The position numbers were made by a program, and so were the translations under genes. From assembly GCF_006345805.1 (NCBI RefSeq), contig NC_043001.1, positions 74,586,001 to 74,650,000 on the forward strand: a stretch of DNA of 64,000 nt, in the 5' to 3' direction. Of the stretch, positions 1-11,849 are shown piece after piece (within the stretch, counting starts at the first letter, position 1; the number at the start of each line of letters is the position of its first letter). Under the pieces are notes generated by a model. That model saw only the letters and a program-made list of their open reading frames with translations. It did no database searches and was not told the DNA's origin. The DNA comes from Octopus sinensis (lineage: Eukaryota).

Positions 1-128
1 TTACTAAATCCACTTACAAGGTTTGGTCGACCTGAGGCAACAGTAGCAGACACTTGCCCAAAGTGTGACGCAGTGGGACTGAACCCTGAACCGTGGGGTT
101 AAGAAGTAAGCTTTTTACCGCACAGCCA
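1..128 (-). mobile_element. tRNA-derived SINE family A, 5' head fragment
   Basis: Reverse complement reads GGCTGTGCGGTAA...GGTTCAGTCCCACTGCG...TTGGGCAAGTGTC, matching the full copies at 8974 and 46655. Confidence 0.85.
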
Positions 129-734
129 CGGTTCAGTTTCTTTGCGCTCTGAGTTCAAATTCCACCTTGGACAACTTTGCTTTTGTCCGTAATGAGGCTT
201 CTATCGAGATTCAAATTCTAGCTTAGAATCTCAGCATAAGTGTATTTCTAAATAAGGAATAAATGCCTACGTGAACATGGTTGACATTGGCTGACTTATG
301 ACAATTGAAGTGGTAAACTGCGAAGGATGTCGGTGAATCCTCCCACTAAATATCCTTGTCGAACATTCTAGAAATTCCGTTGTGGGGTTTTAAAAATTCA
401 GTGAATTGAAGCCTAGGCAGAGCCAATCAGAAGTTCACAAGGATCTTTTGTCGCTCTGCTACGTGATATGATCTCTCATCTCAACACCTATGTTTCCTTA
501 CTGAACGACCTGAGTCAACTTCGTGATAAAGCATTCTCATTCGTTCTACTTAATTTCTTATCAATTCGTATTACTATTTAACATATTATACAGTGAAAAT
601 TTGTATTTACTCCATTTGACATATTTGAATGCTGTTTTATTTATTCAATAGTTGTATATATGTAAAGGTAAATGTTAATAGCAGGTAAATAAAAATGTAT
701 GTGAACTAACACCAATATTAGGATTAATGAGCAA

Positions 735-1090
735 AATCTTTAGCACGCCGGGCAAAATGCTTAGCGGTATTTCGCCTGTCTTTACGTTCTGAGTTCAAAT
801 TCCGCCGAGGTCGACTTTGCCTTTCATCCTTTGGGGGTCGTTTTAATAAGTACCAGTTACGCACTGGGGTCGATATAATCGACTGAATCCGTTTGTCCTC
901 TCTGTGTTTAACCCCTTGTGGGTATTTCACTCGTCTTTACGTTTTGAGTTCCATTTCCGCCGACGTTAACTTTGACTTTTATTATCCTTTAGGGGTCGAT
1001 AAAATAGGTACCAGTTGAACACTGAGGTCGCTGTAATCAACTTACTTCCTGCTCCAAAGTTACTAGCCTTGCGCCAAAATTTGAAATTAA
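735..1090 (+). mobile_element. tRNA-derived SINE family B, dimeric copy
   Basis: TTAGCACGCCGGGC...TGAGTTCAAATTCCGCCGAGGTCGACTTTGCCTTTCATCCTTT motif present twice; many further copies in the window. Confidence 0.85.
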
Positions 1091-1544
1091 TATTAGTGTG
1101 GTCATTACTAATGTAACAGACAGTCTGTGAAATATTCATCAATAATTATTTAACAACTCAAGTGACACACTAAACTTCCTTTAGGGTCTATAATTAAAGC
1201 AACAGCCAAAGGTGAAGGATTTGATGTATGTTATAGCATTGAAGAAGATGCCTTGCGGTATTTGTTACGGCTCTGTACGTTCCAAGTTCAAATTCTGCCA
1301 GCTGGTAAACGAATTCTTTGAGATACGGCAGAAACAATGACAGCCTAGGATTTATAGGCGCGGGTATGGCTCCGTTGACAAGAAATTCGCCTCGCAGCCA
1401 CATAATCTCGGTTTCTGTTCGACAGTGAGGCTTTTTGGTAAGCGTCGTTTCTTACAGACTCGCGTCGACCTATGTCATGTAAGTGAAATTGACTCAACGA
1501 AAAATGTGCGGGAACTTCTCGGATGGAATGTACTCTTTTACTCT

Positions 1545-1730
1545 TTTACTTGTTTCATTTATTTGACTGCAGCCATGCTGGAATACACCTCGAAGTGTTT
1601 TTAGTCGAATAAATCGATCCCAGGACTTATTTTTAAAGCCTAGTACTTACTCTTTCGGTCTCTTTCACCGAATCGCTAAGTTACGGAGACCTAAATACAT
1701 CAACAGCGGTTGTCAAGAGGCGAGGAAAAC
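1545..1730 (-). mobile_element. SINE family A, 3' half
   Basis: TTTTACTTGTTTCA...TTTGACTGCAGCCATGCTGGA is the reverse complement of the family A tail. Confidence 0.8.
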
Positions 1731-1842
1731 ACACACATATTATAGGGAAAAGAAAACAAAACCAAGGCAAGACGAGTATCTCAGGTCATTTAGAATATTT
1801 AATTAGAGTAAGTTGAATAAAAAAAGAAGTAAAAGTAATTGA

Positions 1843-1923
1843 TGTCTTACAGCTGTTTCTAGGGTATCCTAGGGAATGGGTCAACACCTATCCCATACTT
1901 TGGGTATTCCGTTATCAGAGACA
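1843..1923 (-). ncRNA. Type I hammerhead-like motif (core CUGAUAA, GAAAC-AGCU-GUA)
   Basis: Stem I UGUCU/AGACA, palindromic stem III ACAGCUGU, hairpin UAGG-auac-CCUA directly before GAAA. Confidence 0.55.
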
Positions 1924-2292
1924 AGGTGCGTATGCAGGAAAGTTCCAAAGAATTCACATTATATAGAAGAATGAAACAGTAGATAGAACAATACACGACG
2001 CCTTGGTCTATCCAACTGTCTCTCTCATATTATACACTCATGCAAATAATTTTTCTTACACGCTAACTACTTGATCTATTCCTTCATTCTATTCCTTCAC
2101 TCAAAATACTGCCTGAATTTATCTGGGATGATACTTAAGGGGCTATACCTTCACGGAAATATGGATAGGCCTCCATATCCTTCGGAACAAGATGAACCGT
2201 GGATTTTATCTTCTGTCTTATTCTTCTTTCTACTGTTTTATTCTTCAATATACTGTGAATTCTCAGTCTAGAACTTTCTTGCATACACACCT

Positions 2293-2370
2293 TGTCTTTG
2301 ATAACAGAATACTCAGTGTTTGGGGTCGTTGACCCATTACCTGGGATACCCCAGAAACAGCTGCAAGACA
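2293..2370 (+). ncRNA. Type I hammerhead-like motif (core UUGAUAA, cleavage triplet mutated to GCA)
   Basis: Inverted partner of 1843-1923; stem I UGUCU/AGACA; hairpin UGGG-auac-CCCA before GAAAC. Confidence 0.5.
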
Positions 2371-2585
2371 TTAATTACTTCTACTTTTCATTTTTTGATT
2401 CACCTTACTCTAATCAAATATTCTAAAGGACCTTAGATGCTTGTCCTTCCTTGGTTTTGTTTTCCCTTTCTTTTACTATATACCTGCTGACTCGGAAACC
2501 TACTACGGATCCCTAGCTCCAGCCTCATATGCGAGCATGGAACCTAACGGATGACAAGTTATAGGACTTATGCTGCGTGCCTATT

Positions 2586-2637
2586 GGTTTAGATCATCAG
2601 TGAACTAAACATATTTGTATATATATACATACATGCA

Positions 2638-2711
<74 letters not shown>

Positions 2712-2759
2712 GCATGTATGTATATATACAAATATGTTAGTTCACTGATGATCTAAACC
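2586..2759. repeat. Near-perfect palindrome centred on a (TA)n tract
   Basis: GGTTTAGATCATCAGTGAACTAA...TTAGTTCACTGATGATCTAAACC. Confidence 0.9.
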
Positions 2760-2789
2760 ATCTCTCTTCGCTCTTATACGCCATTTGGT

Positions 2790-3075
2790 CTCAACTCTCC
2801 CCCCTCCTCATCTAACCACCCTCTCCCCCCTCCTCACCTATCCTTCCCCCTCGACCCCTACTTCTTCAGTCCTTCATCCTTTCACCCCTACTCCCCTTCC
2901 CTTCTTCCCTCTTTCTCCCTCCCTCCTTCCCTCTGCTCCCTCACTCCCCTTCTCTCTCCCCCTCCCCTCTTTCCCCCCCTCATCCTCCCCTTCCTTCTCC
3001 CCCTCCTCTCCTCTTCCCACATCTCCCCCTCTCCTCCCCCCTTCCCCCTCTTCTCCCCTCCCCCTCTTCTCCTCA
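2790..3075. repeat. Polypyrimidine/polypurine low-complexity tract
   Basis: Almost entirely C and T on the + strand. Confidence 0.9.
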
Positions 3076-3492
3076 CTACACCACATGACTTTACACATCA
3101 CATCATATATGATGTGCCATACTAATACATACTAATACATACTAATACATACACCAACCCTATACATACACACGTCCAGACCCCTCATACGCACTTATAC
3201 TCTCTCATACACACACACACACACACACTTATACATACTAATACGTACTAATACATACTAATACATACTAATACATACTAACACATACACCAACCCCATA
3301 CATATGCCTGTCCAGACCTATCCTAGGGTCATTCAACCCTATTATCAACCCTATTATCTCCCCTTATTTCGCTCTCGCGTCTCATGTTTGATCTTTGACC
3401 TCTGGCCGAAATCAGATCGCCATGTTGATTCGTTAAGTTACTGCACGCATTTTTTTTCTCTCCTTCTTTCTCTGTTTTTTTCTCTCTGTGTA

Positions 3493-3530
3493 TCTTTCTG
3501 TTGAAGAGCGTAGGCTCGAAACGTTAAAGA
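3493..3530 (+). ncRNA. Minimal type I hammerhead, Penelope-type, with A6U substitution
   Basis: UCUUU-CUGUUGA-A-GAGC guag GCUC-GAAACGUU-AAAGA: stem I 5 bp, stem II 4 bp, loopless palindromic stem III. Confidence 0.65.
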
Positions 3531-3628
3531 CTTGTTTTATTTATATTTCCTGAGCACCATACTAATACAATTGTTTGTTTGTTTTCCACCTGCCTTCGTC
3601 TTTTGTCTATTTTCATAAAGCTTCCCGT

Positions 3629-3645
3629 TATATATAATATATATA

Positions 3646-3684
<39 letters not shown>

Positions 3685-3954
3685 CATATATACATATATA
3701 TATATATATGTATACATACATACGTATATATACATACGTACATATATATATGCATACACACATATATATACATACATACATATATATGCATACATACATA
3801 TGTATATATGTATATATATATACTTACATATATATATGTATATACATACATATATACATACATATATACATATATATGTATATACATATATACATACATA
3901 TATACATATATGCATACATACATATATATGTATATATATACATACATATATATT

Positions 3955-4021
<67 letters not shown>

Positions 4022-4025
4022 ACAT
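3629..4025. repeat. Compound (TA)n/(TACA)n microsatellite
   Basis: Visible directly. Confidence 0.95.
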
Positions 4026-5060
4026 ATTAGCTGATGTACCCGGTAATTCTCGGAAAAGCGGGCTTTCCCTTGGTTCCGTTCTCATAATTGTTTCACTAAT
4101 CCAATAACAACAATACAAATTATGTAGCCCTTAAAACGGTTTTTGTGCATTTACAGAAAATACGGAACTGTCTTACACGGAATCTTGTTTCTAGGAATTC
4201 CCAATAAGTTATGAAAACCCAAATTGTGAAGTCAGTTACGTAATAACAGGAAATTAGTTACCCAATAGTAAGAATTCAAATAAAGTAGCCCTGAAAAGGG
4301 CTTTAATGCGTTCCCAGAGTATATAGAACATAGGAGAAATACTAATAAGTGAAGCAAGTTACGTAATAGGTATGTATATACACATACATGCACACGCGCA
4401 TGTATGTATATATGTATGCATATATATTTGCATGTATTATGTATGTATGTAAGTATGTATGTATGTATGTATGTATGTATGCATGTATGTATGTATGTAT
4501 GTATGTATGTATGTATACAGTAGGCTTCTTTCGACCCAAGGCGATAGTAGAAGGGTTTTGCCCAAGGTGCCATACAGTGGGACTGAACCTGGAACCATGT
4601 GATTGGGAAACAAACTCTGAAAATGGGTTTTGTGCGTTCCCAGAGAATATTACCCTCAGAGGCGCTAGTGCTGGAATATTCGCGAATAAGTCGCTAACCG
4701 AAATAAGTGGCTCTATTGTTTAGGAAAATACTATTTACTTGTTTAAGGGTTGTACTGGATAAATTGTGAAAATATGTGTAACAGTTCAAATACTAAGAAA
4801 TAAGCATGCTCAATTTCATTTTCACCAAACAATTTAGGAAAATGAATGGGTTTTTCCCCTAGGCTATTTATAAGGATCCCTTCCAAGGACCCTATTATCA
4901 ACAATCAGAGTATGCCATGAGGTTTCTAGATAGGAGTTCTACTCACATGTCAAGTTTCATTAAAATCGATAAAACGACGTAGGAGGAATTAACTAACAAC
5001 TCCACAAACTCCACAAACCACACCCACAAACAGAATTTCCAACATATGTTAGTCATATAT
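4026..5060 (+). mobile_element. Possible Helentron-associated (HINE/DINE-1-like) non-autonomous element, interrupted by a microsatellite and a SINE
   Basis: 5' ATTAGCTGATGTACCCGG and 3' CATGTCAAGTTTCATTAAAATCG...GTAGGAGG...ACAAAC resemble termini of such elements; pattern recognition only. Confidence 0.3.
4520..4613 (-). mobile_element. SINE family A head
   Basis: CCCAAGGTGCCATACAGTGGGACTGAACCTGGAACCATGTG. Confidence 0.8.
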
Positions 5061-5113
5061 ATATTATATATATTATATATATATATATATATAGATATTA
5101 TACTATATTACAT

Positions 5114-5165
<52 letters not shown>

Positions 5166-5221
5166 TGTATCTATCTATTATCCCATCCATTATTATCATC
5201 TATCTATTATCTATCTATCTA

Positions 5222-5267
<46 letters not shown>

Positions 5268-5274
5268 ATATCTA

Positions 5275-5326
<52 letters not shown>

Positions 5327-5332
5327 ATATAC

Positions 5333-5495
5333 GACGGACTTCTTTCAGTTTCCGTCTACCAAATCCACTTACAAGGCTTTAGTCGGCCCGAGGCTATAGA
5401 AATAGTAGAAGACACTTGCCAAAGGTGTCACCCAGTGGGACTGAACCCAAAATCATATGGTTGGGAAGCAAGCTTCTTACCACACATCCACGCCT
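5333..5495 (-). mobile_element. SINE family A head
   Basis: ACGGACTTCTTTCAGTTTCCGTCTACCAAATCCAC...GGGACTGAACCC. Confidence 0.85.
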
Positions 5496-6342
5496 GTATA
5501 TGAATTTAAAATATAGAGTCTTGTTACACACTGTCACGCTACATCAAGCTCATTTCATGATGTTGGACTCGCTTGAGGATAGAACTGGATCAACTGGAGA
5601 CGGTTGCTTCTGACAAGACCCGATGAAAGGCGCGCCTGAGGAGTCTGTTCCCATTACCCTCCCAGGAATAAGTCAGTGAAGAAGATGAGATGGGGGATCA
5701 AAAATTTCGTTGTACGATTGACATGATCACTGACAGTCTCACTCCAATTAGATTTAGGGTACACGTGTCACTGAAATACTCAACCACTTATACGCTTCTA
5801 CGCTACTTCAATGAGCAAACAGTTCTGTAGATCAAACAACTGTATGCTCATCCTTGAAAACGACGAAGATCCATTTTTAAAAGTTTGGCTGTACGCTGGC
5901 ATTGGAGACAAAACTGAAAACTCCTAAGGTCAACAGTTATGACATGAAGTAAATAATGCGTTTCACCAATGTTAAAATATGTGTACATATTTCACGACTG
6001 TGTAGTGAAATAACGATAAACCGTTTCCTTAATTTCTAATGTTAGGTTTGATATTTTCCTCTGTAAATTATGGAAGTACTGAGGGACTTTTGTTAAATTT
6101 GGGACAAATAAAAAAATAATAAAAATAACATGAAAAATCAAAATACAAACATAAATCTAAAATACCAAAAGTAAAAATAAAAATTATTCACTCGTAAATT
6201 CGTTCCCCCGCTAAATTAATCGTTGATAATAACATTAATTATCATGTATTTATTTTATTAGCATAATTTTCATATAATTAATTCTTTTATCTATTCTTTG
6301 AAAACGCTTGCTCTTTTAATTTCATATTTAAATATAGACATA

Positions 6343-6700
6343 GGCATGGCTGTGAGGTTCAAAAACTCGCTTTGCAACCACGTGTTTTCAGGTTCGGTCC
6401 CACTGTGCGGTACCTTGGGTGAGTATCTTGTACTTTAGTCTCGGACCGACTAATGCTTTGAAAGGGACTTTGACAGACAAAAACTGTATGGAAGCCAATT
6501 GTATGTATGTATATATTTTACTTGTTTCAGTCACTGGATTATGGACATGCTGAGGTACTGACTTAAAAAGTTTAGTCGAACAAATCTTCCTTAGTATTTA
6601 ATTTTTTAAGCCTTGAACTTATTCTCTCAGTATCTTTCTGCCGAACCGCTAAGTTACAGGGTTATGAACAAAGTAACATCGATTTTCAAGCGGTGGTGGA
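6343..6700. mobile_element. SINE family A head (+, ~6343-6495) joined to a family A tail in the opposite orientation (-, ~6515-6700)
   Basis: Similarity to the full copies in the window. Confidence 0.7.
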
Positions 6701-6760
6701 GAACAAAGACAAGCAAAAAGACATACATAGATATGTACATACACATACATGCACACACGT

Positions 6761-6976
6761 ATGTATGTATGTATGTATGTATGTATGTATGTATGTATGT
6801 ATGTATGTATGTATGTATGTATGTATGTATGTATGTATGTATGTATGTATGTATGTATGTATGTATGTATGTATGTATGTATGTATGTATGTATGTATGT
6901 ATGTATGTATGTATGTATGTATGTATGTATGTATGTATGTATGTATGTATGTATGTATGTATGTATGTATGCATGC

Positions 6977-7009
<33 letters not shown>

Positions 7010-7072
7010 TGTATGTATGTATGTATGCATGTGTGTGTGTGTGTATGTGCATGTATGTATGTATGTATGTAT
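6761..7072. repeat. Long (TATG)n microsatellite
   Basis: Visible directly; source of several spurious ORFs. Confidence 0.97.
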
Positions 7073-7076
7073 ACAA

Positions 7077-7236
7077 TAGGCTTCTTTCGAGCCAAGGCGA
7101 TATTAGAAGGCTTTAATCCAAGGTGCCATGCAGTGGGACTGAACCTGGAACCATGTGATTGGGAAACAAACTTTTTACTACACAACCACACTTGCCCCTA
7201 TTTATCTGTCTGTCTGTCTGTCTCTCTGTCTATCTG

Positions 7237-7317
<81 letters not shown>

Positions 7318-7585
7318 TTTTGTGTGTGTGGTGAAGATGGTGGTGGTGTGGATGAGTGTGTTTATATGTGTGTGCGGGTGTCTTTGTATTTATCTCCTGC
7401 TCCACAAGTTCACAGCCAGTTTATTTACGTCCACGTAACTTAGCAGTCCGGCAAGAAAAGGTCGATAGAATAAATACCATGTGTAAAACATAATTAAATA
7501 CCGGGGTCGATTTTTCGACTAAACCATTGACGGCGGTGCTCCAGCATAACCGTAGTCAGCCCAATGACTGTAACACGTAAAAGAA
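7077..7585. mobile_element. SINE family A head (-, 7077-7195) and tail (+, 7365-7585) around a (TATC)n tract
   Basis: Similarity to the full copies. Confidence 0.7.
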
Positions 7586-8324
7586 AAATATAAAATATTA
7601 AATGGATTTTTATAGAAATATATTCTCGCCAAAATAAATAAATAAATAAATAAATATATTTTTACAGAAATTTTAAATAAAATTGTTTTAATTTTTTTTC
7701 CCAAGAAACAAAGGAAGTGAGAATAGAATGAGAGATTGAGAACAACTTTAAATGAAAGAGGAAGGAAGAACAACCTCGTCATTTACCCATGAAAATTTTT
7801 ATATTTCCTAGTAAAAAAACAAAAATAATAAACCCTCAAAAATTATAGCCGTCACTTGTAAGCAACCATCACTTGGTAACATATACCACGTTTTTGCTAA
7901 TTATTTTAAGTTCTTATGTAGTCGTTCTCAGTTCAATCCCGCCGCCGAGTTCAACATTGTCTTTTTGTAGTTGATAAAAATACGAAGGGGTATTGAAGAG
8001 TTCCTGGCTTTGGGTAAAAGAAAATACAGGAGAATCAGTTAATTATGATTTCATACATATTCTCCTCTCAGATTCACACACTTATTGCTTCAGTTTTTCT
8101 AAACCCTGTAAAAGAACTTGGAAGATTGGGCCTCCAGCCAGGCCTTTCGCCTTAAAACCAGGTACTTTTCAGCACCCACTCCTAAAGTACCAGTTACGTA
8201 CTGAGTCGATGACATTGACTAACACCATCCTCTCAAAATTGTGCCGAAGCATGTTGTAATTTATATCATTTTTTTTTTTTACTGCGTACGTTTCGTCATT
8301 GCGGATATTTGTATCCTCTGTGGA

Positions 8325-8590
8325 GGGTGTTGATTCATGATCGTAAGATTGTGGTTTCGATTCCTGTACCGGGCAACGCGTTGTGTTCTTGAACAAAACA
8401 TTTCATTTCACGTTGTTCCAGTCCCATCAGCTGGAAAAATGAGTAATCCTGCGACGGACCGGCGTCCCGTCCAGGTGGAAAGTTTATACGCCACGGAAAC
8501 CGGGAAACCGGCCTTTATGAGTTGTCATGACTCGAGAAGGAAGGTATCCTCCATAATGGATGTTCCAGGTGCAGAACTGTTTTGGTTCAG
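8325..8590 (+). mobile_element. tRNA-derived SINE family C (head plus conserved central GTGTTCTTGAGCAA...CCAGT...CAGCTG domain)
   Basis: Shares the central domain with the copies at 29732 and 48755. Confidence 0.7.
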
Positions 8591-8823
8591 TATCCATCAG
8601 CACTTGTAACACCTACTTCAGAGGACACAAATAACCACAATGGTTCCATAGGGAACAAATGATATAAACATCTTGTGTTTATTATACTCTTACATTTTCT
8701 CTATGTTCTACAATTGGTAATACCGCTAAGTACATCATTTTACTGAAAGTAGACTGGGTGATGACACTCTACTTGGATCTCTAAATCACCGGTTGTACAT
8801 CTAACTGTACAGGCAAGAAATTT

Positions 8824-8863
<40 letters not shown>

Positions 8864-8973
8864 TGTCACTTCTTGTGACTGAGATTGAAGATATATGGTA
8901 GCACCTACATTGCTGGAAATAAAAACTCCTTAGACCCGCAAGGAAATGGTCTTTAACTCTTATTTCTAACAAT

Positions 8974-9134
8974 GCGCAGGAGTGGCTGTGTGGTAAGTAG
9001 CTTGCTTATCAACCACATGCTTCTGGGTTCAGTCCCACTGCGTGGCACTTTGGGCAAGTGTCTTCTACTATAGCCTCGGGCTGACCAAAGCCTTGTGAGT
9101 GTATTTGGTAGACGGAAACTGAAAAAAGCCCGTC

Positions 9135-9178
<44 letters not shown>

Positions 9179-9392
9179 ATATGTTTGTGTGTCTGTGTTT
9201 GTCCGCCCCCCAGCATCGCTTGACAACCGATGCTGGTGTGTTTACGTCCCCGTAACTTAGTGGTTCGGCAAAAGAGACCGATAGAATAAGTACTAGGCTT
9301 ACAAAGAATAAGTCCTTAGGTCGATTTACTCGACTAAAGGCGATGCTCCAGCATGGCCGCAGTCAAATGACTGAAACGAGTAAAAGAGTAAA
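8974..9392 (+). mobile_element. SINE family A, full length with internal (TA)n
   Basis: tRNA-like head GCGCAGGAGTGGCTGTGTGGTAAG...GGTTCAGTCCC; tail GCTCCAGCATGGCCGCAGTCAAATGACTGAAAC. Confidence 0.9.
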
Positions 9393-9475
9393 ATAATAAT
9401 GTAAGTGCTACTTTGCACCCTCAGTTACAATTAGTGACAGTTAAAATTTTCCTTTTTGGCTTCATATTGCGTATA

Positions 9476-9856
9476 GCGTGGCTGTGTGGTAAGGAGCATG
9501 GTTCTGGGTTCAGTCCCACTGCATGGTACCTTGGGCAAGTATCTTCTACTATAACCTCAGACTGACCGAAGCCTTGTGAGTAGATTTGGTAGACGGAAAT
9601 CGAAAGAAACCCGTCGTATGTATGTATGTATGTATGTATGTATGTATGTATGTATGTATGTATGTATGTATGTGTGCGTCTTTGTGTCTGTTTGTCTCCA
9701 TTACTGCTTGTCAGCTGGTGCTGGTGTGTTTATATCCTCGCGATTCGGCAAAAAGAACTGTAGAATAAGTACCAGATTTCTAAAAAATAAGTAAGAAGTT
9801 TTCAAGGTGTTGCCCCAGCATTGCCATAGTCTAATGGCTGGAACAAGCCAAAAAGG
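9476..9856 (+). mobile_element. SINE family A, diverged full copy with internal (TATG)n
   Basis: Same head, body and tail order as 8974-9392. Confidence 0.85.
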
Positions 9857-9991
9857 AAAAATTTATATTACATACATATACATGTTTATACATACATAAT
9901 ACATACAATCATACATACATACACACATAAATGTATCTATATAGACATGCATTATATATATATATATATATAATATATATATATTAAAGAA

Positions 9992-10352
9992 GAAATGAGG
10001 TACTCAGAAATTCGGATGGTTTTATATTTACAGATATTTATTTGTATATTACATGTTTTTATACATCATATAACTTAGATTATATATTAGCGCTTTCTCC
10101 CATTCTAGTGGGGTAAGTTCCCGTGAAAAGGTTTTGACCATTTTATAGTGTTATTGGGTGTGTCATAACACACTCAATAACACTATAAAATGGTCAAAAC
10201 TTTTTCACAGGAACTTAGTTCGATTTGAAAACCCCACTAGAATGGGAGAAAGCGCTAATATATGATCTAAGTTATATGATGTATAAAAACATGTAATATA
10301 CAAATAATATCTGTAAATATAAAACCATCCGAATTTCTGAGTACCTCATTTC
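9992..10352. repeat. Near-perfect hairpin, ~175-bp arms and 4-nt loop, Penelope pLTR-like ends
   Basis: GAAATGAGGTACTCAG...GTGTGT-CATA-ACACAC...CTGAGTACCTCATTTC; flanked by (TA)n. Confidence 0.9.
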
Positions 10353-11420
10353 ATCTAATATAAAATACCTGTACATCATCTCAAAACCTTCCAATATATA
10401 TATATTGGAAGGTTTATAATATTATATATATATTATAATAGGTTTATAATATTATATATATATTATATATATATATAATACACACACACACGCACACATA
10501 TTTATGCATAGAAAACTCTTGATCGGCCCTTCAATCCTTTGGTTTATTGCCTCCCGTGACATCGTTTCGTCTTTTATCGCAGCAGTCGCCATATCTTTTC
10601 CAGATCACGATCCCTGAAGAGCATATATATTAGATAACCATCCAGTTATTTAATATCCATGTGCAAAACTGATTGATAAGATCGGCTGTAATGGATCTAT
10701 AATACTGTATACCTCGATTACTATACCCACCCTATTGATAAATATACGAGTGTCTATTTTTCTGACTCATAGATTTTTAGATGACTAAATGTGTGTGTGT
10801 GTGTGTGTGCGTGTTTCTCTCTGTGTGTATATGTGTGTACGTATGTATGTTTGTTACCATAACAGAAGTTTTTTTTTATAATATTAAGTCCATCCACACT
10901 TACTCGGATTTATTCGTGGGAGGAAGGGCAGAAACCCTCTCCCCCCGCCCATCATCGCCTTCTTCCCTGTCACGAGTAATGGTGTCTCTACACCGTTCGT
11001 TTCCTTCCTCTTCTCAGGAAGCTTGCATACAATCCACATAAAAAAAATCTTTAAAAAATACACCACACTTTCTCTACAGTTTAGCGAGACCAATACTCAA
11101 CCCTAAAGTAGCTACTACCCATTTGTCCAAATGCAGCTTTAAAATTTCCTTGGGGATAAAACAAACAGAATGGATATGGAAAAAGTAACTACGTAAAACA
11201 AATGTAACAAAAATGAAAGTTTTCTAGAAAATATTCAGTACTTCTATTCATCTGTTTATATATAAAGATAGACGGATAGATAGACAGATAGAAGTTGTTT
11301 GACCCATCAATTTCAGGTTTTGTACTTGTAATTAAAACACATGCGCACGCACGCACACGTCGCACACACGCGCACACACGCAAACACACACACACACATA
11401 CACACACACGCACACACACA

Positions 11421-11460
<40 letters not shown>

Positions 11461-11849
11461 ACACACACACACACACACAAACAAACAAACACGCACTCAC
11501 ATATCTTGCTACTCCATAAAGTTCATTATTCTGTTCGACATTGAAATGTCATATTTTCGAAAAAGAGATAAAAACTATTTGGCTTCCAAAATATAGATTT
11601 TTAATTTTATGTTTAAATTTAAAAATTATTTTTTTCACTTCACAGATAAGAACAGTTTTTCTTTTAATTTTGGAATATGACTTGTTTAAATTTTTGTTTT
11701 CCATTAAAGCTAATCTTTTCTTCCTGCTAAAAATACGAGTAGCATATCAACTCAAGATATTGAAATTAGCGAAGTGCCGTCTTGGGATCCAGGCCGAGCC
11801 AGGTAGTTTCCTGCCAGAGAAAAAATTATGTGCCTATGTTCTTTCAGAA

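Larger units (their letters stand above)
1745..2466. mobile_element. Fold-back element with ~245-bp diverged inverted arms (1745-1990 / 2225-2466), Penelope-like pLTR or retrozyme-derived
   Basis: Arms are reverse complements by eye and each holds an HHR-like motif. Confidence 0.7.

Noticed and set aside
4030-4075. CUGAUGU...GGAAA hammerhead-like string
   Set aside because: A9 is missing and stem I does not pair.
5605-5645. CUGACAA...GAAA-GGCGCGCC-UG hammerhead-like string
   Set aside because: C3-A8 mismatch, no stem II or stem I, and G at position 17.
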